A stretch of DNA of 64,000 bases from Clostridiales bacterium (lineage in GTDB: Bacteria; Bacillota; Proteinivoracia; UBA4975; PWLI01). Positions 39,994 to 48,955 of the stretch are shown here, piece by piece. Position 1 is the first letter of the stretch, and each line of letters opens with the position of its first letter. Where the stretch lies: the NCBI GenBank assembly GCA_003559415.1, contig PWLI01000011.1, positions 3,618 to 67,617 on the forward strand, given 5' to 3'. Made by a program: the position numbers and the translations under genes. Below the pieces are notes generated by a model. That model saw nothing but the letters and a program-made list of their open reading frames with translations, had not been told where the DNA came from and did no database searches.

Positions 39994-42459
39994 ATGGACA
40001 ACTTGCAACTTGGCGACCAAGTAAAAACAAGCATCCGACAGTTGATTGCCGGGGCCGACGGCAACGAGCTGTTTTTTGTCGCCCAAGTGGAAGAAAGGCA
40101 AATAACATCAGCAGAAGTTGTTGCCCGGGGAAACAGCGTCAGCGTCCCGGCTGTGACCGAAAAACTCCGCCCTGGCATGTTGGTGTTGCACAATCATCCC
40201 AGCGGTGACCTGACGCCATCAGGCGCGGACATTACCCTGGCCAGCAGACTTGCCGCCGATGGGATTGGTTTTGCCATTACAGATAATGCAGCCAGTCAGC
40301 TGTATGTGGTGGTAGAACCTGATGGCGGCCGGGCAGCCAAGGCCGTTTCGCTGGTTGAGCTTGAAGAGGTGTTGTCTGCCGGCGGAAGCATCAGCCACCG
40401 CATGACGGGCTATGAGACCCGGCCCCAGCAGCTGGCAATGGCTGAACGGGTCAGCCATGTGTTGCACAACGGAGGACAGGGTGTTTTTGAGGCGGCCACC
40501 GGCACAGGGAAAAGCCTGGCCTACCTGGTGCCGGCGATTATCTGGGCGCTGGAAAATGACAAAAGAGTGGCGGTTTCCACCAACACCATTAATTTGCAGG
40601 AACAGTTGCTGCACAAAGATATTCCCTTGCTGGCAAGCGCCCTTTCCCGGCCCTTTAAAGCTGTGCTGGTAAAGGGAAGGGGCAACTATCTGTGTCGCCG
40701 CAAGTTGCGGGAAGTATGCCGCTCTGGTGAGGATTTGTTGGACGACGGCGACCTGGAACCGCTGCAAATGTTAATGAGCTGGGAAAAGGCAACCAGCGAC
40801 GGCAGCCTGTCAGACCTGGATTTTGCCCCCCGCTCCGAGCTGTGGGAATTGCTTTGCTCTGAAGGGGACACTTGCCTGCGCAGTGAATGCCCGATTTTCA
40901 GGGACTGCTTTTTCCACCGTGCGCGCCGGGAGGCTCTCAATGCCCAGTTGCTGGTGACCAATCATCATCTGCTCTTTGCAGACATATCCATGAGGGTTGC
41001 CGGCGGAGAGGCGGGAGTGCTGCCCCGGTACCATGCCGCGATAATTGATGAAGCCCATAACATTGAGCGGGTGGCAACAACCTGGTTTGGCGCCAGGGTT
41101 ACCCGTTTGGGCCTGCTCCGCCTGTTGGGCCGCTTGTATGGGCAGCGGGGAGCGAAGGCCAAGGGCCTGCTGTTGTTGATTGAACGAAAAATTGCTGCCA
41201 GTCAGCAGCTTTCTGAGCAAAAATCCCAGGACATAGTTTCCCGAATTCATCATGAGCTGGTTCCCCTTATCATAAATGCGGCAGCCGGTGTAAATGATTA
41301 CTTCACCCGTATGCAGGTCTATGCCGCCGATGGCCAGGATAAGAAAATCCGTTTGGACGGCAAGGATGGAGCATGGAAAGGACGGCTGGAAGAGGGCCGG
41401 GAAATGATACATCGCCTGGACTCGCTGGCCCATGGGCTGGAGGGGTTTGTCCGGCGCCTGGAACAGGCTTCTCCCGGGGGATTTGAAAACCTCTTGACCT
41501 CTGTTGTTGAGCTGATTTCGGTGTCCGGGCGCCTGCAGGGGCTGACGGACAGCCTCAGAGAGATATTCTTTGGCAATGACCAGCACGCCGTCCGCTGGCT
41601 GGAAGCATATAGCACCCGCCAGGGGCCGGCAGTAAGCTTCCATCAGGCGCCGCTTTCAGTTGACACGTTGCTGGCAGACAACATCTGGCGACGGATACCG
41701 GCAACGGTGCTTACCTCTGCCACGCTGTCGGTGGCCGGCGATTTTGGCTATCTGCGGCGGCAATTGGGCCTGTCGGAAAACATGCCGGTGGAGGAGGGAA
41801 TTTTCCCCTCCCCCTTCGACTACTCATCCCAGGTTATGGTGGGAGTGGCCACAGACATCCCCGAGCCGGAGCAGGGAGCTTATGCGAAAAAACTCGGCCC
41901 CGCCCTCCTGGCCTCTGTCCAGGCCACCAGGGGCAGGGCGCTTATACTGTTTACTTCCTATGCCATGCTGAAAAATGCCCACGGTTATTTGCGCAACAGC
42001 CTGGATGGGAAGGGCATCAGCCTGCTTTGCCAGGGCGAAGCGCCCAGAACCCAGTTGCTGGACAGGTTTCGCAAAGACACCGGCTCTGTGTTGCTGGCAA
42101 CCTCTTCCTTTTGGGAAGGCGTTGATGTGGTGGGGGAAAGTCTCAGCAGCTTGATTATAACCAGGCTGCCCTTTTCTGTGCCCGACGACCCGGTGATGGA
42201 GGCCAAGCTGGAGCGGCTGAGAGACCAGGGCCACAACCCCTTTTACGACTACCAGTTGCCCCAGGCAGTGCTCAGGTTCAAGCAGGGGTTTGGGCGGCTG
42301 ATCCGCAGCCGCAGTGACAGGGGGGTTGTACTGGTGCTGGACAGGCGGATCAGCACCCGGCGTTACGGGAAAATGTTTTTTGGCTCCCTGCCGGAATGCA
42401 CGGTTTTGGAAGATGAACTTTTGTCGATTTTGGACCTGCAGGGCAAGTTCATCGGCTGA
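39994..42459 (+). CDS. RadC-like JAB/MPN domain fused to a DinG/Rad3-family Fe-S ATP-dependent DNA helicase
   Basis: Residues 1-130 carry the JAMM motif LVLHNHPSGDLTPSGADITLASRL (HxHx7Sx2D) with RadC-like flanks. Then Walker A ATGTGKSLAYL, a four-Cys Fe-S insert (C...CLRSECPIFRDC), DEAH (IIDEAHNI), and C-terminal helicase motifs (LLATSSFWEGVDV, GRLIRSRSDRGVVLVLD). Confidence 0.8.
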   Translation: MDNLQLGDQVKTSIRQLIAGADGNELFFVAQVEERQITSAEVVARGNSVSVPAVTEKLRPGMLVLHNHPSGDLTPSGADITLASRLAADGIGFAITDNAASQLYVVVEPDGGRAAKAVSLVELEEVLSAGGSISHRMTGYETRPQQLAMAERVSHVLHNGGQGVFEAATGTGKSLAYLVPAIIWALENDKRVAVSTNTINLQEQLLHKDIPLLASALSRPFKAVLVKGRGNYLCRRKLREVCRSGEDLLDDGDLEPLQMLMSWEKATSDGSLSDLDFAPRSELWELLCSEGDTCLRSECPIFRDCFFHRARREALNAQLLVTNHHLLFADISMRVAGGEAGVLPRYHAAIIDEAHNIERVATTWFGARVTRLGLLRLLGRLYGQRGAKAKGLLLLIERKIAASQQLSEQKSQDIVSRIHHELVPLIINAAAGVNDYFTRMQVYAADGQDKKIRLDGKDGAWKGRLEEGREMIHRLDSLAHGLEGFVRRLEQASPGGFENLLTSVVELISVSGRLQGLTDSLREIFFGNDQHAVRWLEAYSTRQGPAVSFHQAPLSVDTLLADNIWRRIPATVLTSATLSVAGDFGYLRRQLGLSENMPVEEGIFPSPFDYSSQVMVGVATDIPEPEQGAYAKKLGPALLASVQATRGRALILFTSYAMLKNAHGYLRNSLDGKGISLLCQGEAPRTQLLDRFRKDTGSVLLATSSFWEGVDVVGESLSSLIITRLPFSVPDDPVMEAKLERLRDQGHNPFYDYQLPQAVLRFKQGFGRLIRSRSDRGVVLVLDRRISTRRYGKMFFGSLPECTVLEDELLSILDLQGKFIG

Positions 42460-42611
42460 CCGGTTCTTTGTTTAGCCTCTGTGTGCTATACTCGATATGG
42501 CTCCGTTTTTGCCGGACAGTCGGCAAGCAATCACAGCACAGGGCTGTTTTTATCGCCCATGATGCCCGATTATGAGCGGCAAGGCAAAATATTTTGCAAG
42601 GGGTTGGGCCG

Positions 42612-43973
42612 ATGAACAGCGACATAACCCACAATCTTTTGGAAGTGATTATCAGCCAAAGTGATCTGGCCATCCATGTGGTGGACAGGGATGGGGTTAC
42701 AACAATCTACAACAATGCCGCGGAAGCCATGGATGGCCTGTCCCGGCAAGATGTTTTGCACCGCCATATTCTCCAGGTGTTTCCGTCGCTGAACAGGGAC
42801 ACCAGCACCTTGCTTCGGGTGCTGGCCAGCGGCCAGCCAATCTACAACCAGCAGCAAACATACACAAACCTGCATGGCAAGAGCATTGCCACCGTCAACA
42901 CCACCCTGCCAATCACGGGACAGGACGGCGAAAGGGTGGGGGCGGTGGAAATGGCCAGGGACGTTTCCACCATCAAGGCGCTGTCCCAACAGGTTATCAA
43001 CTTGAGCCAGCGCCTGCAAAAACATTCTTCTGAGGCAAACGACCCCAGCTTTTACAGTTTTGATCAAATAGTTGGCAGGGATGCCCAGTTGCTGGCGGTG
43101 GTTGACAAAGCCCGCAAGGCTGCCAGAACATCCTCCCCTGTGCTCATAAGCGGCGAAACGGGTACGGGAAAGGAAATGATTGCCCAGTCAATCCACGGGT
43201 TCAGCCCCCGGGCTTCTCACCCCTTTGTTGCCCAAAACTGTGCAGCATTGCCGGAATCATTGCTGGAAGGGTTGCTTTTTGGCAGCGTCCGGGGGTCTTT
43301 TACCGGGGCCATGGACCGGCCGGGCCTGCTGGAGCTGGCCCACCAGGGGACGCTGCTTCTCGATGAAATTGGTTCTTTGCCCCCGGCGTTGCAGGCCAAA
43401 CTGTTAAGGGTGTTGGAACACGAGGAGGTAAGGCGCCTGGGCGACACCCGGGTAAGGAAGATAAGCTTCCGTTTGGTGGCGGCTACGGCGGCCGAACCAA
43501 GGGAGTGTTTGCGTCCCGATTTGTACTACCGGCTCAATGTAGTCAGCTTACACATGCCCCCGTTGCGGCAGCGGATAAGAGACATACCAATGCTTTGTGC
43601 TCACTTTCTCTCTCGCCAAAACCGGGAAATGGGCAACTCTATAACCGGAATCAGCCATGGGGCCATGGACATACTGCAAAGCTATCATTGGCCCGGCAAT
43701 GTCAGGGAGCTGGCAAACCTTTTGGAGAGCATTGGCAACTATCGGGAAAGCGGCAACATTGTTGCCACCGACCTTCCTGAGCACCTGCGGGCGGGAAGGG
43801 AAGAGTTTTCTTTGCGCAATGAACTGCAGCAACTGGAGAGAAAACACATCCTGGCAGCGATGGAGGCTGCCGGGAATAACATCTCCCGGGCGGCCCAATT
43901 GCTGAAACTGCCCCGCCAGACGCTGCAGCGGAAGTTGAAGGCCCTTGGTTGGCACACTAATTGCACAGAATAA
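42612..43973 (+). CDS. Sigma-54-dependent transcriptional activator (PAS - AAA+ - Fis-type HTH)
   Basis: PAS (HVVDRDGVTTIYNNAAEAMDGL), AAA+ with Walker A GETGTGKE and a GSFTGA variant of the GAFTGA loop, Walker B LLLDEIG, and a C-terminal HTH AAQLLKLPRQTLQRKLK. The ATG at 42612 has a better RBS than the TTG at 42594. Confidence 0.85.
   Translation: MNSDITHNLLEVIISQSDLAIHVVDRDGVTTIYNNAAEAMDGLSRQDVLHRHILQVFPSLNRDTSTLLRVLASGQPIYNQQQTYTNLHGKSIATVNTTLPITGQDGERVGAVEMARDVSTIKALSQQVINLSQRLQKHSSEANDPSFYSFDQIVGRDAQLLAVVDKARKAARTSSPVLISGETGTGKEMIAQSIHGFSPRASHPFVAQNCAALPESLLEGLLFGSVRGSFTGAMDRPGLLELAHQGTLLLDEIGSLPPALQAKLLRVLEHEEVRRLGDTRVRKISFRLVAATAAEPRECLRPDLYYRLNVVSLHMPPLRQRIRDIPMLCAHFLSRQNREMGNSITGISHGAMDILQSYHWPGNVRELANLLESIGNYRESGNIVATDLPEHLRAGREEFSLRNELQQLERKHILAAMEAAGNNISRAAQLLKLPRQTLQRKLKALGWHTNCTE
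43950..43965 (+). promoter_or_regulatory. Sigma-54 (-24/-12) promoter for the lysine-fermentation operon, embedded in the last codons of the activator gene
   Basis: TGGCAC-actaa-TTGCA is a perfect TGGCAC-N5-TTGCA. It ends 6 nt before the activator stop codon and lies about 35 nt upstream of the kdd start. Confidence 0.65.
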
Positions 43974-44000
43974 GGACAAAGGGAGTAGGGAGTGAGCAAC

Positions 44001-45047
44001 ATGAAAACCAAAGGTTGTGCATACGGCACACATCGCAGCATCGAGCCCCGGGGGTCGCTTCCCCAACCAGCATGGAAAATTGACAACACGCTGGACATTT
44101 GGAGCAATGAACTGTTGATAGATGTTGACACCCTCAACATTGATGCAGCCAGTTTCCGTCAGATTTCTGCTTCAGCCCAGGGCGATGAAGGTGAAATCGC
44201 CAATATAATAATGAAAACCGTTTCTGAACGGGGCAAGCAACACAACCCGGTGACGGGTTCCGGGGGCATGCTTGTAGGCCGGGTGGCAAAAGTCGGGAAA
44301 GACTGGCCCAACAATGTTGAACCAGACAGCCGCATGGCCACCCTTGTTTCCCTGTCTTTGACCCCCCTGGTCATTGAAGAAGTGCTTGCAGTGCGCCCCG
44401 ATACCTGTCAGGTAGACGTGCGGGGCAAGGCTGTTTTGTTTGAAAGCGGCATATATGCCCTGTTGCCCCAGGACATGCCGGAAAAAATGGCGCTGGCTGT
44501 GTTGGATGTTGCCGGTGCCCCCGCCCAAACTGCCCGCCTGGCCCGTTCCGGTCAGACGGTGGTTGTTATTGGAGCCGGCGGAAAGTCTGGGTTGCTCTGT
44601 CTCTTCCAGGCCCGGCAAAAGGCAGGGGATCAGGGCCGGGTGCTGGCCCTGGAGTTTTCCCAGGCAGGCGTGGAGCGAATTGAGGAAACGGGTTATGCCG
44701 ATGAGATCATTGTCGCTGATGCCACCAACCCCACAGATGTTTTGGACAAGGTAAGTGCCGTCACAGATGGAGCACTGGCAGACCTGACCATAAACTGTGT
44801 GGACATCCCGGGAACGGAGATGTCGTCAATTCTTTCCACCAAGAATGGAGGGACCGTCTATTTTTTCAGCATGGCCACCAGCTTTACTGCCGCGGCGCTG
44901 GGTGCAGAAGGAGTAGGCAAGGACGTGACCATGATAATTGGCAATGGCTACACTCGGGGACATGCTGATATGGCCCTGGAATGCATGCGCCAGCAACCCC
45001 GGTTGAAAGAGATTTTTTCCCGGGCTTACGTTGAAAAGGAGGACTAG
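44001..45047 (+). CDS. kdd: L-erythro-3,5-diaminohexanoate dehydrogenase
   Basis: MKTKGCAYGTHRSIEPRGSLPQPAWKIDN... is the conserved Kdd N-terminus, followed by a Rossmann VVVIGAGGKSG. About 350 aa. RBS TAGGGAG. The ORF track uses a GTG at 43992. Confidence 0.8.
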   Translation: MKTKGCAYGTHRSIEPRGSLPQPAWKIDNTLDIWSNELLIDVDTLNIDAASFRQISASAQGDEGEIANIIMKTVSERGKQHNPVTGSGGMLVGRVAKVGKDWPNNVEPDSRMATLVSLSLTPLVIEEVLAVRPDTCQVDVRGKAVLFESGIYALLPQDMPEKMALAVLDVAGAPAQTARLARSGQTVVVIGAGGKSGLLCLFQARQKAGDQGRVLALEFSQAGVERIEETGYADEIIVADATNPTDVLDKVSAVTDGALADLTINCVDIPGTEMSSILSTKNGGTVYFFSMATSFTAAALGAEGVGKDVTMIIGNGYTRGHADMALECMRQQPRLKEIFSRAYVEKED

Positions 45048-45049
45048 CC

Positions 45050-46288
45050 TTGGCTGATTACAAAGACATACCCCTGTTTGAATCGGTGACAAAGGAACAG
45101 TGGCAAGACTGGCATTGGCAACTGCAAAACCGCATAAGCGATGTTGCCACGCTCAAAAAGGTAATCAACCTTACCAGCCAGGAAGAAGAGGGGATTGAGC
45201 GCTGTTTGCAGTCGTTGAGAATGGCCGTTACCCCTTACTATGCCAGCCTGATGGATAGGGACGACCCCAACTGCCCCATAAGGCGGCAGGCTGTTCCTGT
45301 CAGCAATGAGTTGAACATGTCTGCTACCGATATGGACGATCCCTTGGCAGAGGATACCGACTCGCCGGTGCCCGGCCTGACCCACCGATACCCCGACAGG
45401 GTGCTGTTGCTGGTAACTGACCAGTGTTCCATGTATTGCCGCCACTGCACACGCAGAAGGATGGCGGGAGCCACCGACAAAGCCCTGCCGGGAGAGCAGG
45501 TGGATGGAGCGATAGAATATATCCGCCGCACCCCGGCCATAAGGGATGTGCTGATTTCCGGTGGCGACGGGTTGCTTATTTCAGATGCTCACCTGGAAAA
45601 AATAATCCAGAAGCTGCGCAGCATCCCCCATGTTGATGTTATTCGCATTGGCACCCGGGTGCCGGTGGTGATGCCCCAGCGCATTACCCGGGAACTGGTA
45701 ACGATGTTGCAACGCTACCACCCTGTTTGGCTGAACACCCACTTTAACCATCCCCGGGAGGTTACCCCTGAAGCCTGTAAGGCGTTGGAAATGCTGGCCA
45801 ATGCGGGCATACCCCTGGGCAACCAGTCGGTGCTGTTGCGGGGTGTAAATGACTGCGTCGGCGTGATGAAGGCGCTGGTGCACAAGCTGGTGCAAAACCG
45901 GGTGCGCCCATACTACATTTACCAGTGTGACCTCTCCCGGGGGATAGAGCATTTTCGCACACCAGTGGCCAAGGGGATTGAAATTATTGAAGGCCTGCGG
46001 GGCCACACTTCTGGCTATGCAGTGCCCACCTATGTCGTAGATGCCCCCGGCGGAGGGGGCAAAATACCGGTGATGCCCCAATACCTGATCTCTCATTCTC
46101 CCCAGAGGGTAGTGTTGCGTAACTTTGAGGGCGTCATAGCGGCTTACACCCAGCCCTCAGAATACAGCGACCCGGATTGCAGTCAGTGTGAATATTGTCA
46201 GCAATCAATTGGTGTCAGCAGTGTTTTGCAAGGCAGTCGGCCCAGCCTTGAACCGGAGGGTTTGGACCGGCAGAGACGCCGCAAATGA
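45050..46288 (+). CDS. kamA: L-lysine 2,3-aminomutase (radical SAM)
   Basis: CSMYCRHCTRRR is the CxxxCxxC cluster. PLP-binding and the C-terminal Zn-Cys motif CSQCEYC match the KamA architecture. Confidence 0.9.
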   Translation: MADYKDIPLFESVTKEQWQDWHWQLQNRISDVATLKKVINLTSQEEEGIERCLQSLRMAVTPYYASLMDRDDPNCPIRRQAVPVSNELNMSATDMDDPLAEDTDSPVPGLTHRYPDRVLLLVTDQCSMYCRHCTRRRMAGATDKALPGEQVDGAIEYIRRTPAIRDVLISGGDGLLISDAHLEKIIQKLRSIPHVDVIRIGTRVPVVMPQRITRELVTMLQRYHPVWLNTHFNHPREVTPEACKALEMLANAGIPLGNQSVLLRGVNDCVGVMKALVHKLVQNRVRPYYIYQCDLSRGIEHFRTPVAKGIEIIEGLRGHTSGYAVPTYVVDAPGGGGKIPVMPQYLISHSPQRVVLRNFEGVIAAYTQPSEYSDPDCSQCEYCQQSIGVSSVLQGSRPSLEPEGLDRQRRRK

Positions 46289-47307
46289 ACAAGTTGCTCA
46301 AGCAGGCTGTAGAGGGAGGCAGTCTGGCAGTAGTGGGCATGGCCAAAAATGCCGGCAAAACTGTGACAATAAACTATCTGTTGGCACAGGCTGCCATCCA
46401 TGGAATCCGTACGGGACTGACCTCCACCGGCCTGGATGGTGAAACAACGGACTCCCTTTACCTGCTGCCCAAACCGGAAATAACGCTGTCTGCCGGATCC
46501 CTGCTGGCCACGGCCCGGGGCAGCCTTTCCCAGGGGTCGGCTCGCCTGGAATTGTTGCGAGGCACAAGGCTGGTAAACCCTTTGGGTGAAATAGTGATTG
46601 CCCGGGTTAGACGGGAAGGAACGGTGGAAGTAAGCGGCCCGGAAACATGCAGCGACCTGGCAAAAGTTATATCCCTGATGTCCGGAGAAGTCGACTTGGT
46701 GTTGGTGGATGGCGCCCTGGACAGGGTGGCGGCATCTGCTCCTTCAGTCACTGGTGGCGCAGTGCTGGCTACCGGTGCAGTGGTGGCTGGCAACGTGGAA
46801 GGCGTGGTGCGGGAAACTGTTTACCAGGCAAGGTTGCTGATGCTTCCCCCTTGCCGCAGTTTAAACGTGGACGAAAAAAATCTCATTGAGCAGGGCGGCA
46901 TCGCTGTTTCCAGCGCTGACGGCCTTGAAATCCTTCCATTGGAGACAGCAGTTGACGGCCCCCTGGAGATACTGGACTACCTGACGCCCCAGTGTAAACT
47001 GTTGTTGGGCGGCGCATTTACAGATGAACTGGCCCAGTTGCTGTTGGGGGCCTCCCGGCGCCTGGGAGAACTGTCAGTGGTGGTGAGGGATGGAACCAGG
47101 GTTTTTGTCGGCTCCCGTCTCTGGCAGCAGTTGGAACGGTCCAGTGTGGATGTGTTGGTTATGGAGGCGATAAATCTGATGGCGGTGGTTGTCAACCCTG
47201 TTGATGTTCGCGGCAGACAGCTTCCGGGGGACAAGCTGATTTCGATTCTTTCTCAACTTCTGCCGGGGGTGTCCGTGTTCAACCCTCTGGCTACAGGGGG
47301 TGACTGA
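46285..47307 (+). CDS. P-loop NTPase of unknown function encoded between kamA and kamDE
   Basis: Walker A VVGMAKNAGKTVT, a hydrophobic-strand-then-Asp LVLVDGALD, and Gly/Ala-rich core strands. No confidently recognisable family. Confidence 0.55.
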   Translation: MNKLLKQAVEGGSLAVVGMAKNAGKTVTINYLLAQAAIHGIRTGLTSTGLDGETTDSLYLLPKPEITLSAGSLLATARGSLSQGSARLELLRGTRLVNPLGEIVIARVRREGTVEVSGPETCSDLAKVISLMSGEVDLVLVDGALDRVAASAPSVTGGAVLATGAVVAGNVEGVVRETVYQARLLMLPPCRSLNVDEKNLIEQGGIAVSSADGLEILPLETAVDGPLEILDYLTPQCKLLLGGAFTDELAQLLLGASRRLGELSVVVRDGTRVFVGSRLWQQLERSSVDVLVMEAINLMAVVVNPVDVRGRQLPGDKLISILSQLLPGVSVFNPLATGGD

Positions 47308-48955
47308 AATAGAAAGGTTTATTGGCAAACCATGCCAACAGCAAATTGGACTTGAATGGGTGCTGGAGCACTTGACCCCCTTAAGTTGCTACGGCCGCCT
47401 GCGGCAGGAGAGAATGCCGGTTTATTTGCCTGGGTGTGAGCACCAACTGACCAGGGAGTGGGAGCGGATTGGCAGCCTGCTGGACGTCTGGCAATCTTAT
47501 CCCGAAAAGGTCCAGGCTGTTGAGGCGGAAATACATGGCCTCAGGGACATACGCGGTATAGTTCGCAAGGCCTGTGCTCATCTGACCCTGGAAGAACATG
47601 AGCTCTTTGACCTTAAGCAATGGTTGCAGCAGGTTGACCGCCTTTCTCAGACCCTTGTTACTTTGCCTTCTTTTTTGCCCCGACGTTTTTCGCTGTACTG
47701 CTGCCCCCGTTTGTTGGCATCCTTGAGCATGGAGGGTGACAGCGGATTCTATCTGGCAGACTGCTATGACCCCAAACTTGCCAGCCTGCGGCAATTGCAG
47801 CGGCAAAAGTTTTCTGTGCTGTCGGAAATAAAAGAAAAGCGGCAGGCTTGCATTACCCGGGAAACGGGCCTGGAGTTCAATTACCAGGGCTGTCTCCGGG
47901 TGGGCAAACATCAAACAGAATTACTGGACAAGTTGCATAATCGCAGCGACCTTCTGACAGTTGCAGAAACATATACTGAAGTGGAATTTACCCTGCGTAA
48001 AACTGCAGAAATGTTGGAGCTGTCCCGCCAGATAGCGGATCTTGAACAGGAAATCCAACAGCAGGAATATATAATCCGTCAGGTGTTGACAGAGCAAGTT
48101 GCCCGGCACAGCCGTTGGCTGCTGGCGTCGTGCAATCGTATCGGTGCCATTGATTTGCTCTTTGCCAAGGGGCGCCTGGCCCGGGAACTGGGCGGTTGCG
48201 TGCCCACCCTTGTTTCTGAAAACAAGTTGCAGATTTCAGCACTGGTTCACCCCCTTGTTGAAAACCAGCTTGCCAGCCAGGGATTGGTGTTCCAGCCATT
48301 GGACATTAATGTTGTTGGCAAAAGAGTTACCCTGATTACCGGGGCCAACATGGGCGGCAAGTCGGTGGCCCTCAAATCAATTGGGTTGGCGGTGGCCATG
48401 GCCCAAAGGGGCTTGTTGGTCCCTGCCCGCCGGATGGAGTTTTCGTTGCGCAGCTTTGTGTATTACTCTCAACAGGAAGAAAACCCGCGGCAGGGCCTCA
48501 GCACCTTCGGCGCAGAAATACACAGCCTCGCCCAGATGTTGCCCCGCCACCACCAGCCCGGCTTGTACCTGCTGGATGAGCCCGCCAGGGGCACCAACCC
48601 CCATGAGGGAGCAGGATTGGTGGCAGGGATAATTAACTGGCTGGTCTCGGGAAACAGCCTGGCAATTATCGCCACCCACCTGTCCGGCCTGACTGAGGGT
48701 GCAGCTGTGGATCACCTGCAGGTTGCCGGGTTGAGCAATGTTGAACCGGATCAGTTAAACCAGGCCCTGGCCGGGGGGAGAAAGTCTTTGCAACAGCTGA
48801 TGGACTACACCCTGGTCCCCTCTGGCGGGGATGTTCCCCGGGATGCTCTCAAGGTGGCTGCTTTTTTGGGGCTGGACCGGGAGATAATAAACTATGCACA
48901 TCGTAAATTGGGATTACCAGCTCAGGAGGTGGTTGACGATGAAATTGAATCTTGA
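47300..48955 (+). CDS. MutS-domain-V-like ATPase (MutS paralog without a mismatch-binding domain) in the kam cluster
   Basis: The C-terminal half has the MutS ABC-ATPase motifs ITGANMGGKSVALKSIG, ...STFGAEIHSLAQML..., LYLLDEPARGTNPHEG, and ATHL. The N-terminal half is helical and not MutS I-IV-like. Confidence 0.7.
   Translation: MTEIERFIGKPCQQQIGLEWVLEHLTPLSCYGRLRQERMPVYLPGCEHQLTREWERIGSLLDVWQSYPEKVQAVEAEIHGLRDIRGIVRKACAHLTLEEHELFDLKQWLQQVDRLSQTLVTLPSFLPRRFSLYCCPRLLASLSMEGDSGFYLADCYDPKLASLRQLQRQKFSVLSEIKEKRQACITRETGLEFNYQGCLRVGKHQTELLDKLHNRSDLLTVAETYTEVEFTLRKTAEMLELSRQIADLEQEIQQQEYIIRQVLTEQVARHSRWLLASCNRIGAIDLLFAKGRLARELGGCVPTLVSENKLQISALVHPLVENQLASQGLVFQPLDINVVGKRVTLITGANMGGKSVALKSIGLAVAMAQRGLLVPARRMEFSLRSFVYYSQQEENPRQGLSTFGAEIHSLAQMLPRHHQPGLYLLDEPARGTNPHEGAGLVAGIINWLVSGNSLAIIATHLSGLTEGAAVDHLQVAGLSNVEPDQLNQALAGGRKSLQQLMDYTLVPSGGDVPRDALKVAAFLGLDREIINYAHRKLGLPAQEVVDDEIES

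Noticed and set aside
42582-42597. Second sigma-54-like motif GGCAAAATATTTTGCA upstream of the activator gene
   Set aside because: The GG-to-GC spacing is one nucleotide too long and the -24 element lacks the flanking T and C. The nearby TGTGcTATACT extended -10 is a more plausible sigma-A promoter.
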